Source of the DNA: Clostridiales bacterium
GTDB lineage: Bacteria > Bacillota > Clostridia > Lachnospirales > JAISYE01
Assembly (NCBI GenBank): GCA_031297485.1
Contig: JAISYE010000187.1
Location: 1-52,587 of the forward strand
Direction: 5' to 3'
Length of the DNA: 52,587 nt
Shown in pieces: positions 8,673-16,418 of this stretch. Each line of letters starts with the position of its first letter. The first letter of the stretch is position 1. Both the position numbers and the translations under genes were made by a program. The notes under the pieces are model-generated. The model had not been told where the DNA came from. It saw only the letters and a list, made by a program, of their open reading frames with translations, and searched no databases.

Positions 8673-8743
8673 GGCGTGTTTCAGAAGTTGTAGACATATA
8701 TTTTTCCACAGCAGCTAAATTCCCGCATAAATACAGGCTTTTT

Positions 8744-8797
8744 GATGCACTTGGAAATAAATGTGTCTACTGATTAAACTCAAATATGAAACACGCC
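8744..8797 (+). repeat. 54-nt direct repeat, copy 2 (partner at 6309-6362)
   Basis: GATGCACTTGGAAATAAATGTGTCTACTGATTAAACTCAAATATGAAACACGCC, in the same orientation as copy 1. Confidence 0.85.
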
Positions 8798-8835
8798 TTT
8801 TAATCGTATTCTTTTTGATCAACAAATTCGATACA

Positions 8836-8940
8836 CTACCGGCTTCTGTGAAATAAAGTGATATTATGCCCCGCGCCTTTGAGCTGCTGTGACAGTTCAA
8901 GCCCGACAAACCCTGTGCCGCCGATAGTCAATATGTTCAT
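8836..8940 (-). pseudogene. N-terminal stub (34 codons) of an NAD-dependent epimerase/dehydratase
   Basis: Reverse translation from the ATG at 8940 gives MNILTIGGTGFVGLELSQQLKGAGHNITLFHRSR followed by TAG. The Rossmann GxxGxxG is intact but the remaining ~270 codons expected for this family are missing. The stub ends about 40 nt from the 54-nt repeat. Confidence 0.7.
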
Positions 8941-9272
8941 CATGTCGCCTCACCGCCGTCCATCCATTCCAAATACTTGATATAGCCGCCAAGCACAGGT
9001 GTCAGCAGGATTTCCGGCAGTTCATAGCTGTGGTTCTCCAAAATCGCCCGCTCAATACCGGCATAGTTCTCGCGGCGGCATTTGATGAGCAACAGGACTT
9101 CCTTGTCCGCGCATATCTCGTCTTTCCAAACGTAGTGGCTGTTGACAGGGAGCATCTGCACGCAGGCAGCCAGTTTTCTCTCCAGCAAAACAGCGGCGAT
9201 TTTCTCGGCTTCCCCATCATTGGCGCAGGCGGTCGTCACCACTGCGTATTTACCGTTGTTCATCTTGTTCAT
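8940..9272 (-). CDS. cutA: Divalent-cation tolerance protein CutA
   Basis: ORF track, 110 aa. YAVVTTACANDGEAEKIAAVLLERKLAACVQMLP..SHYVWKDEI...E..LLIK fits the CutA1 family pattern. ATGA overlap with the upstream gene. Confidence 0.8.
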   Translation of the reverse strand: MNKMNNGKYAVVTTACANDGEAEKIAAVLLERKLAACVQMLPVNSHYVWKDEICADKEVLLLIKCRRENYAGIERAILENHSYELPEILLTPVLGGYIKYLEWMDGGEAT

Positions 9273-9568
9273 CCTTCCTTATAAGATTTCATCGCGCCCG
9301 ATATGCCCATGCAATACGTCGGACAGTCAAGTATCACAACATCGGATTCCTCAATCGCCGTGACGATCGGGTGAACGTCGTCATAGTGCGGGCAGTATTC
9401 CTCACCTTTGGCAAAACAGGAAAAACACCCTGCGCAGGGCTTAAAACCCGCGACGACAAACTCTCTGACTTCCGTGCCGGGACTTAGATTCTTGATTTCG
9501 CTAAGCAACATCTCCGCGATTGCGCGAGTGCTGCCGAGCAGTTTGCTATGTATGGCCGTTACGTTCAT
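9269..9568 (-). CDS. Flavodoxin-like fold / NAD(P)H-dependent FMN reductase family protein, N-terminal half only (probably truncated)
   Basis: The ORF track gives 9269..9742. I trimmed it to the ATG at 9568 (MNVTAIHSKLLGSTR...), which has a GGGGAGGA RBS. The motifs KPCAGCFSCF and DVVILDCPTYCMGISGAMKS match the family, but the protein stops at 99 aa where homologs continue for another 80-100 aa. Confidence 0.6.
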   Translation of the reverse strand: MNVTAIHSKLLGSTRAIAEMLLSEIKNLSPGTEVREFVVAGFKPCAGCFSCFAKGEEYCPHYDDVHPIVTAIEESDVVILDCPTYCMGISGAMKSYKEG

Positions 9569-9794
9569 TATGTCCTCCCCCAAACCGATATTTTGCGCCA
9601 ATAAACAGGCACATATTACAACTATAAATGATCGTTTTTGAAAAAAAGCCGAAGTCATAAAAAAGTAAAGACATCCTGCACAAAATGGCATATAATGAGT
9701 TTGGGTACAACAATATATCCGAATTGAGGATGTCTTATGCAATTTAATATACCAGCAAATTCATTAATCCGCAAATTTTTTTCGAGCGCCATTT

Positions 9795-9962
9795 GTGTCT
9801 ATTCAGAGGTCAAAACATTAAAACCTTGGGGCTTCCGCCCTAAACCCCGCTGGTGACTCGTCCCCGATAGTCGAGCTTGCTCGACGCAGACCCCTTCTTG
9901 CGCTTCGCGCGCACTCATTAAAGAACCCGACGAACAAGCACCTTACACCTCTGAATAGACAC
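9795..9962. mobile_element. MITE-like element with 16-bp perfect terminal inverted repeats (copy B1)
   Basis: GTGTCTATTCAGAGGT (9795-9810) and ACCTCTGAATAGACAC (9947-9962) are exact reverse complements. The interior carries shared modules (AAACCTTGGGGC..CCC.AAACCCCGCTGG.GACTCGTCCCCGATAGTCGAGCTTGCTCGACGCAG). The flanks CGCCATTT / CATCATTT match at 6 of 8 positions. Confidence 0.8.
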
Positions 9963-9972
9963 CATCATTTAA

Positions 9973-11436
9973 TTACCCTTTACCATACATACTTGCTACC
10001 ATCTGGACCGCCTCCTGCCAGCGCCGCAATTTCTCTGCTTTCCTCGCCTGCGGCATCTTAGGGGCATAGTAGACCCTCTCCATCGAACCGAACAGTTCCT
10101 CGGCCCTATAGACGCCCTGGGCAATTCCAGCAAGATAGGCGGCCCCCATGACAGACAGCTCCTCCTCACGGCGGATACCTACCTTCATATCGGAAATATC
10201 GCTCTGGAACTGCATGAGATAAGTATCCTTGGCTGGCCCGCCGTCCGCGTATAGTTCCTTGATAAGGATGCCGCTGTCGTTTTTCATGGCCTGGAGTACG
10301 TCGTTGATCTGGAACGCAATGCTCTCCTCGGCCGCTTTGATGATCTCGTTTCGTCCGGTGGAGCGGGTCATCCCGCACAGCATCGCTTTCGCGCCGCTGT
10401 TCCAGTAGGGCGCGCCCAATCCGGTAAAGGCCGGCACCAATACGCTGGTGTCTGCCGGGTTGGCGGCCCGCAAAGCGTCCGAAATCTCCTTTGGAGAATC
10501 CAGCAGCTTTACATCCTCTTGAAGCCATGTAATAACCGCGCCGGCGTAGTTGATATTCCCCTCCAGCACATAGGAAACCCTGCCGTCAATTCCCCATGCC
10601 AGGGAGGTGGCCAACCCGTTCTTGCTGGCGGCAAACCCTTCACCCACGTTCATCATAATGGAAGAACCGGTGCCGTATGTGACTTTGATCATGCCTTCCC
10701 GGTGGCAGCCTTGGCCAAACAGCGCGCCGTGGGAATCGCCCAGAACACCGCGGATTGGAATCTCTGTATTAAGGAACCCCTCCAGATCGGTACACCCAAA
10801 GAGGGAGTTGCTGTCGCACACCTCCGGAAGGGATATCATGGGAATCCCGAAAATGCCGCACAGTTCCGCGTCCCATTGCAGGGTGTGCAGATTGAACAGC
10901 TGAGTCCGAGAGGCATTGGAGTAATCGCATTTAAACGATTTGCCTCCCGTCAGTTTGTATACCAGCCAGCTATCCACCGTGCCGAGGAAATAGCGCTGAT
11001 CCGCGATAACATGCTTCACCAGCCACGCCATCTTTCCAGCAGGCCAATAAGGCGAGAGCGGGAGTCCGGTTTTCTCCCGAATCAGTTCCGCGTGGGCCTT
11101 CTGTTCATCGGTGATCTCCTTCGCGCGGGCGCATTGCCACACAATGGCCTTGTCAATAGGATTTCCATCCCGGTCCCATGCGACAGTGGTTTCCCGTTGG
11201 TTGCTGATGCCAATGGCGGCAATATCGTCCTTATTAACACCTGCATATTCCGCCGCGTCGCGGGAAACCCTGATGACATTCTGATAGATTTCCGCCGCGT
11301 CGTGAGACACCCAGCCCAGCTCGTTGACCCACTGCCGGTGGGCATGGTCGGCCCGCGCAGCAATTTTTCCGGCTTCGTCGAACAGGACCGCCTTGGTTCC
11401 CTGTGTGCTTTGGTCGATACCCAATACATACTTCAT
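9973..11436 (-). CDS. FGGY-family carbohydrate kinase (glycerol kinase-like)
   Basis: ORF track, 487 aa. MKYVLGIDQSTQGTKAVLFD and GISNQRETTVAWDR are the FGGY N-terminal signatures. It is the last gene of the transketolase operon, so the substrate may not be glycerol. Confidence 0.8.
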   Translation of the reverse strand: MKYVLGIDQSTQGTKAVLFDEAGKIAARADHAHRQWVNELGWVSHDAAEIYQNVIRVSRDAAEYAGVNKDDIAAIGISNQRETTVAWDRDGNPIDKAIVWQCARAKEITDEQKAHAELIREKTGLPLSPYWPAGKMAWLVKHVIADQRYFLGTVDSWLVYKLTGGKSFKCDYSNASRTQLFNLHTLQWDAELCGIFGIPMISLPEVCDSNSLFGCTDLEGFLNTEIPIRGVLGDSHGALFGQGCHREGMIKVTYGTGSSIMMNVGEGFAASKNGLATSLAWGIDGRVSYVLEGNINYAGAVITWLQEDVKLLDSPKEISDALRAANPADTSVLVPAFTGLGAPYWNSGAKAMLCGMTRSTGRNEIIKAAEESIAFQINDVLQAMKNDSGILIKELYADGGPAKDTYLMQFQSDISDMKVGIRREEELSVMGAAYLAGIAQGVYRAEELFGSMERVYYAPKMPQARKAEKLRRWQEAVQMVASMYGKG

Positions 11437-11439
11437 ACG

Positions 11440-12375
11440 TTACACCCCGGTGAGTGCTTGCTTCACCCTGGCGGCGATACCTTCCGCATCCATGCCATAG
11501 TGCGCAAACACTTCTTTGTTTTCCCCAGCGATGATATGGCCGTCCGGCAAAGCGATGGCCAGCAGCTTCTTCGGGCAGTGAGCGGAAAGCGCTTGCGCCA
11601 CAAGACTCCCCAACCCGCCATATGGGGAATGTTCTTCCGCCGTGGCAATTAACCTGGACCGGCGCGCCGCCTTTAGGACTGCCTTCTCATCCAGGGGTTT
11701 CAGGCAATACATGTCGATTACTCCTGCCCGGATACCAGCTTCCTTCAGTATCTCAGCGGCCTTGGCCGCGTAAGGCACCATCTCCCCGCATGCCACGATA
11801 GTGGCGTCGGGGCCTTCTGAGAGAATGTGCGAACGGTCCAGTTCAAAATCCAAGTTTTCGTCATATATATCCTCGGCAGCGGAACGGCTGACTCGGACGT
11901 AGGCCGGTTTCTCATCACGGAGCAGTGCCTCCATGAGTTTTGCGGTCTGGAAACGGTCGCTGGGAAGATACACCCGCATGTCCGGCAGGGCGGCCAGGGC
12001 GGCGATATCCTGCGCGGAATGGTGTGTCATGCCCAGAGCGCCGTAGCTGATGCCGCCGCTGATTCCCAGCAATATGACGTTGGTGCGGGAGTAGGCGACG
12101 TCGATTTTCACCTGCTCGTAGCTCCTTGTGGAAAGAAAGCTGGCAGGGGATGCGGCAATGACTTTCTTGCCGCAGGCGGCAAGCCCTGCCGCGATTGAAA
12201 CGAGATTTTGCTCCGCAATACCGACCTCCACAAACTGCTCGGGGTATTGCTCGGCAAAGGGTTTTAAGGAAGCCGAGCCGCGGGAATCGGAGCAGAGTAC
12301 GACGATATTCCGGTCGTTAAGCGCCGCGGTCATGAGTATATCGCAGACTGCCTGACGATTGGTTACCTTGTTCAT
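11440..12375 (-). CDS. Transketolase, C-terminal (pyrimidine-binding) subunit
   Basis: ORF track, 311 aa. The FVEVGIAEQNLVSIAAGLA motif is present. ATGA overlap with the upstream N-terminal subunit gene. Confidence 0.85.
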   Translation of the reverse strand: MNKVTNRQAVCDILMTAALNDRNIVVLCSDSRGSASLKPFAEQYPEQFVEVGIAEQNLVSIAAGLAACGKKVIAASPASFLSTRSYEQVKIDVAYSRTNVILLGISGGISYGALGMTHHSAQDIAALAALPDMRVYLPSDRFQTAKLMEALLRDEKPAYVRVSRSAAEDIYDENLDFELDRSHILSEGPDATIVACGEMVPYAAKAAEILKEAGIRAGVIDMYCLKPLDEKAVLKAARRSRLIATAEEHSPYGGLGSLVAQALSAHCPKKLLAIALPDGHIIAGENKEVFAHYGMDAEGIAARVKQALTGV

Positions 12376-13370
12376 GTCAGCAGCTCCTCCTGAACCCGAA
12401 AGAGTTCGGGCGGCGCGTTTTGAAACCTGCCGGCTTTAAGGCAGGTTTCAGCGCCGGTTTCGCGAAGCGAAACTTCTGACTGAACCCGAAAGAAGTCGGG
12501 CGGCGCGTTTTGAAACCTGCCGGCTTTAGGGCAGGTTTCAGCGCCGGTTTCGCGAAGCGAAACTTCTGACAATTCCCTTACCGCTTGCCTGTATTGTTCA
12601 TCATTCATAACTCCATGATGCCAGGATACTTGGTTTTCCATGAAAGAGACGCCCTTTCCTTTCAAGGTGTATGCAATGACTGCCGAGGGCTTCCCCTTAC
12701 AGTCCCCAGCGCGCCGGTACGCTTTGCTTAACTGCGAACAGTTATTACCATTTTCCACCTCAATAACGTTCCACCCGAAATCCCGAAATTTATCGGCGAG
12801 GCTGCCGCTGTCCATCACATTCTTGGTTTGGCCGCTGATTTGCAGGCGATTGCAGTCCACCGTGGCGCAAAGGTTATCCAGCCTGTAGTGCCCCGCGGCC
12901 ATCATACCCTCGTAGTTGGAACCTTCGGCCATCTCGCCGTCGCCCAGCACTACGTAAGTGCGGTAGGTACGGCCGTCCATCTTCGCGGCCAACGCCATTC
13001 CGACGCCGACAGAGATGCCGTGGCCAAGGGAACCGGAATTAATCTCGACTCCCGGCACGTCGGTGTTGGGGTGGCCGATAAACCTGGTGCCGAATGTGCC
13101 GAACGTAAGGAGCGCTTCTTGCTTGTCGAAGAAACCCTTCTCACCCAGCGCACAATACAACGCGCCGGCGCAGTGGCCCTTGCTGAGCAAAAACCGGTCC
13201 CTGTCCGGGTCCCGCACGCGCTCCGGGGAGACATTCATCACGTCAAAGTAGAGGACGGCCAGAATGTCGATGACACTCAGGTCGCCGCCCACATGCCCGG
13301 CGGAGGAGTTATGCGCCATTTCTATAATGTCCCGGCGCAGTTTATATGCTATTCTTGTAAGCTGATCCAT
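12372..13370 (-). CDS. Transketolase, N-terminal (TPP-binding) subunit with a repeat-derived 60-aa C-terminal extension
   Basis: ORF track, 332 aa. HVGGDLS, SKGH and GDGEMAEGSNYEG are TPP-binding motifs. The last ~65 aa (SEVSLRETGAETC.KAGRFQNAPP..FRVQ twice) are encoded by the 2 x 90-bp repeat. Confidence 0.85.
   Translation of the reverse strand: MDQLTRIAYKLRRDIIEMAHNSSAGHVGGDLSVIDILAVLYFDVMNVSPERVRDPDRDRFLLSKGHCAGALYCALGEKGFFDKQEALLTFGTFGTRFIGHPNTDVPGVEINSGSLGHGISVGVGMALAAKMDGRTYRTYVVLGDGEMAEGSNYEGMMAAGHYRLDNLCATVDCNRLQISGQTKNVMDSGSLADKFRDFGWNVIEVENGNNCSQLSKAYRRAGDCKGKPSAVIAYTLKGKGVSFMENQVSWHHGVMNDEQYRQAVRELSEVSLRETGAETCPKAGRFQNAPPDFFRVQSEVSLRETGAETCLKAGRFQNAPPELFRVQEELLT
12391..12570. repeat. 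Exact-phase tandem duplication, 2 x 90 bp, inside the 3' end of the transketolase N-subunit ORF
   Basis: Units 12391-12480 and 12481-12570 differ at 3 positions. Each holds three hairpins: GTTTCGC-TTC-GCGAAAC, TGAAACCTGCC..GGCAGGTTTCA and CCCGA-CTTCTT-TCGGG. Confidence 0.9.
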
Positions 13371-13424
13371 GTCGTCCTTCCTTCAATTGTATATACTCGT
13401 GAACGAATACATTTGCCAAAGACA

Positions 13425-13800
13425 TAAAACCAACGGACACCTCACCGTTAGGGACTCTGCCCCATAGGCGCGAACTTAGGCTTGAGAAAGGTCAAAACCT
13501 TAAGACCTTGGGGCTCTGCCCCAAACCCCGCTGGGGACTTCGCCCCCAGACCCCTTCTTAAGGGCGGCGAGTGTAGCGCTTTTTGATGCAGGTACAGCCT
13601 TTTCAAGAAAAGGGACTGGTTATTTTTTTCTTAAGTTCGCGCTTATGTGACTTCACCCCCAGACCCCTTCTTTTGCGCGTCAAGTACAGCATTTTTGATG
13701 CAGATACAGCCTTTTCAAAAAAAAGGATTGTTTATCTTTTTTTAAGTTCGCGACTATAGGGCAGAGCCCCAAGGTCTTAATCTTTTGACCTTTATCATTC
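13425..13800. repeat. Composite mosaic repeat (copy B2): ~32-bp inverted arms around two tandem ~110-bp units
   Basis: The arms GGTCAAAACCTTAAGACCTTGGGGCTCTGCCC (13490-13521) and GGGCAGAGCCCCAAGGTCTTAATCTTTTGACC (13759-13790) are inverted copies. The internal units ~13543-13645 and ~13655-13757 are direct copies. Confidence 0.85.
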
Positions 13801-13849
13801 CTTAGATCGGATCGTTCGTGAATACATCACCATTTTTCGCAATAATCCT

Positions 13850-13882
13850 AAAACAAGCGCCCACAATTGGGGCGCTTGTTTT
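13850..13882 (-). terminator. Rho-independent terminator after the SBP gene
   Basis: A 13-bp perfect stem AAAACAAGCGCCC / GGGCGCTTGTTTT with a 7-nt loop and a T-run on both strands. It lies 27 nt after the stop at 13909. Confidence 0.65.
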
Positions 13883-13908
13883 AGAGACAATATTCGAGCT
13901 GGCGATGA

Positions 13909-15480
13909 CTACTGCTTTGAGAGCCAATCGTCCAACTGGCGCTGTTTTTCGTCAATAACGTCTTGCAAACCCGCCGCGTAAAGGGCGTTATTAAATTCTT
14001 CCAGAGTGGATTCCACCTTGGCCGAACCGATGCTGCCGGTCTGCAGCGCGGCGCGGTAGGTGTTCTTAACGTTGTTCAAAGCGGAAATCTGTGTCGCGTA
14101 TTCCGTGCTGTCCCACATAAAACCGAATGCCGCGGAGGAATCCGCCCACCCGTCATGCTCCTCCAGTTTCGCCCAGTAGGTTGCGTCCTTTGTGCCGTCA
14201 TTCCAGACATACCCGATATATTGGTTGCCCATCATCCAGCCGCTGTTTTGGAAATAAGTATAATTACTGGAATCCTCTCCATCCACAAAGAAAGCCGTAC
14301 CATCTTCCAGTACCTGATAGTTCACGCCTTCAACGCCGAACTGCCAGAGATTCATTAACTCCGCGTCAGTGTACAACGCGCGGATAAATTTAAATGCCAT
14401 TTCCGGGTCCTTACTGTTGGCCGCAATCCCTGTATTGTAGAAGTTTACGTCAGTAGATGTGTTCTGGGTATGCTCGGAGTCATAGACATACATGGCGTAC
14501 ATCCTGCGTCCGACCGTAGCTTCCTTTTCCGCAAGGTATCCGGGTTTAAGCATACAGGCAAAGCTGAAAATACTGCCCGCCTTCATCAACGCAAAGTCCC
14601 CCTGGGTATCAATCGCGGAATCCTTATAGATATACCCCTTGTCATACCAATCCGCCAGCATGGTGACGGTATTCTTATAGTTGCCGGTTTCGAATCTGTT
14701 CACAACAGTGGTTGTATCGTGATCCGCATTCCAGTCCAAAACACCGAAGCTGTCAATGAGATTGTCGAATTGCACAAAGGTTTTCAGACTGGCATCCGCG
14801 TTATTGACATACAAAGGCGCAATATCCGGATATGCCTTCTGTACAGCGGCAAGGATATCCTCCACCTCAGCCCAGGTATGGGAGCTGCCTTTGTACGCGT
14901 CGTCGTAGGACTTAAAACCATATTTCTCTGTGATGCCCAATTCATCGCAGATATCAGCGTTCAAACAGAGGCCGCCCACCTGTGTGGATTCCTTCTTGGC
15001 GGGGAAACCATACAGCACACCGTTCATGGTGCCGACAGCCGCCCAATCGCCAAGTGCGGAGTTAATCTGGGCGCCGTCTTCCGTATCCATGTACGCGTTC
15101 ATATCAATTAAGGCGTCCATGCTAATCCAACTGGCTGCTCTTTCGAAGTAGATGGGAATCACGTCCAGTTCATCACTTCCGGTAAACATCAGCTGCACCT
15201 TGTTCTCCCATTCGGAAAACTGCAAGGGAAGGAACTCAACCTCAATGCTGTACTCTGGGATCATCTTGTCATTAATGGCTTTTTCAACGGCACTGCGCGC
15301 GGCATCATCCTGTGTATAGAATTCGGGAAACGCAAATACCAGATGGTACGGATTTTCCGCCGAATACTTCCCTCCGGCCGCCTGGCCGGGCGCCGCTTCC
15401 TCGGACGCTCTTTGGCCGCAGCCCGCCGGCATAATCATCATTGCAAATGCCAAAATCAAAGTTGCAGTTTTCTTTATCAT
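13909..15480 (-). CDS. Extracellular solute-binding lipoprotein, ABC sugar/oligosaccharide importer (family 1, LplA-like)
   Basis: ORF track, 523 aa. Signal peptide plus lipobox (MIKKTATLILAFAMMIMPAGCGQ). AGGAG RBS. Adjacent to two sugar-type permeases. Confidence 0.8.
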   Translation of the reverse strand: MIKKTATLILAFAMMIMPAGCGQRASEEAAPGQAAGGKYSAENPYHLVFAFPEFYTQDDAARSAVEKAINDKMIPEYSIEVEFLPLQFSEWENKVQLMFTGSDELDVIPIYFERAASWISMDALIDMNAYMDTEDGAQINSALGDWAAVGTMNGVLYGFPAKKESTQVGGLCLNADICDELGITEKYGFKSYDDAYKGSSHTWAEVEDILAAVQKAYPDIAPLYVNNADASLKTFVQFDNLIDSFGVLDWNADHDTTTVVNRFETGNYKNTVTMLADWYDKGYIYKDSAIDTQGDFALMKAGSIFSFACMLKPGYLAEKEATVGRRMYAMYVYDSEHTQNTSTDVNFYNTGIAANSKDPEMAFKFIRALYTDAELMNLWQFGVEGVNYQVLEDGTAFFVDGEDSSNYTYFQNSGWMMGNQYIGYVWNDGTKDATYWAKLEEHDGWADSSAAFGFMWDSTEYATQISALNNVKNTYRAALQTGSIGSAKVESTLEEFNNALYAAGLQDVIDEKQRQLDDWLSKQ

Positions 15481-15518
15481 AGTTACAATCTCCTTTTTAA
15501 TTATAGTGAGGGCTGCAG

Positions 15519-16415
15519 TTACCCTTTAATTCCGCCGAGGGTAATGCCCTTTGCGTAGTATTTCTGAAACATTGGAAATATCAGCATTATGGGCAGTATC
15601 GCAATAAAGGCAATAGTCATCTGAATCGCCGTGGAGGGAATGGATACGGCGGCCCCCGATACATAGGAACTCTCCGCCTTTACCAAGTACTGAATATTGC
15701 TTACCATTTGGTTAAGCAAATTCTGAATATTGTACAAGTCTGTTCTTTTGACGATAAAGTATAATCCATTAGTCCAATCATTCCAATAAGCCAGGCCGGC
15801 AAAAGTCCCCATAGTCACGATAATCGGCTTTCCAAGGGGCAGCACAACCTTGAGGAAAATTGTCAGCCGAGAAGCCCCGTCAAGTTCCGCGGCCTCGTAA
15901 ATCCCATCGGGAATGCTTGTCGTGAAGTACGTGCGCATCAGCATAATGTTCCATGCGCTCATGAGCAGGTTGGGCAGCAGCTGGGCCCATACCGTATCCT
16001 TAATGTTAAAGATATAGGTCCATATCAGATAGGATGGGACAATTCCGCCGTTAAAAAGCATGGTGAAAAACACAAAAAAGCTCATGACCTGCTTTCCCGG
16101 CAGGTCCTTCACGGATAAGGAATATGCCATAAGTGTGGATAAAAGAAGATTGATTGCTGTTCCTATCCCAGTAACAAAAATACTGACTCCATATGCCTTC
16201 ACGATGGTATTGCTCGAACGGAGAATATACTTGTAGGAGTCCAACGAAAGCTTTTGGGGAAAATAGGAATACCCCTGTACCACCAAGGTGGTTTCATCTG
16301 TTATGGATGATAAGAATATCAACAGAAACGGCAATACGATCAGCAGCGTCCAGGTCATCATCACTGTATTCGCCAGTGTGTTGAATAAACGGCTTCTCTT
16401 CTTCAAGCCCTTCAC
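15519..16415 (-). CDS. ABC sugar transporter permease (LplC-like)
   Basis: ORF track, 298 aa, with a binding-protein-dependent permease EAA-like loop (YEAAELDGASRLTIFLKVVLPL). The GTG at 16415 abuts the AGGAGG, so the TTG at 16406 (MKKRSRLF...) has better spacing and may be the true start. Confidence 0.8.
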   Translation of the reverse strand: MKGLKKRSRLFNTLANTVMMTWTLLIVLPFLLIFLSSITDETTLVVQGYSYFPQKLSLDSYKYILRSSNTIVKAYGVSIFVTGIGTAINLLLSTLMAYSLSVKDLPGKQVMSFFVFFTMLFNGGIVPSYLIWTYIFNIKDTVWAQLLPNLLMSAWNIMLMRTYFTTSIPDGIYEAAELDGASRLTIFLKVVLPLGKPIIVTMGTFAGLAYWNDWTNGLYFIVKRTDLYNIQNLLNQMVSNIQYLVKAESSYVSGAAVSIPSTAIQMTIAFIAILPIMLIFPMFQKYYAKGITLGGIKG

Positions 16416-16418
16416 CTC

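Noticed and set aside
9668-9736. Second inverton candidate: a 10-bp inverted repeat AAGACATCCT / AGGATGTCTT flanking a plus-strand TATAAT (9691-9696) that points away from the flavoprotein-cutA genes
   Set aside because: A 10-bp inverted repeat within 100 bp is expected by chance several times in 52 kb. No recombinase is adjacent, and a plausible fixed minus-strand promoter (TTCAAA-18-TAATAT) already exists closer to the gene.
10519-11652. Long plus-strand ORF (377 aa) and similar long antisense ORFs (17761..18684, 31042..32451, 33172..33945, 37042..37758, 38706..39608, 12828..13427, 44832..45587)
   Set aside because: Each lies entirely antisense to a gene with clear family signatures. Their products are Arg/Pro/Gly-rich low-complexity sequences typical of shadow ORFs in GC-rich coding DNA, and none has a convincing RBS.
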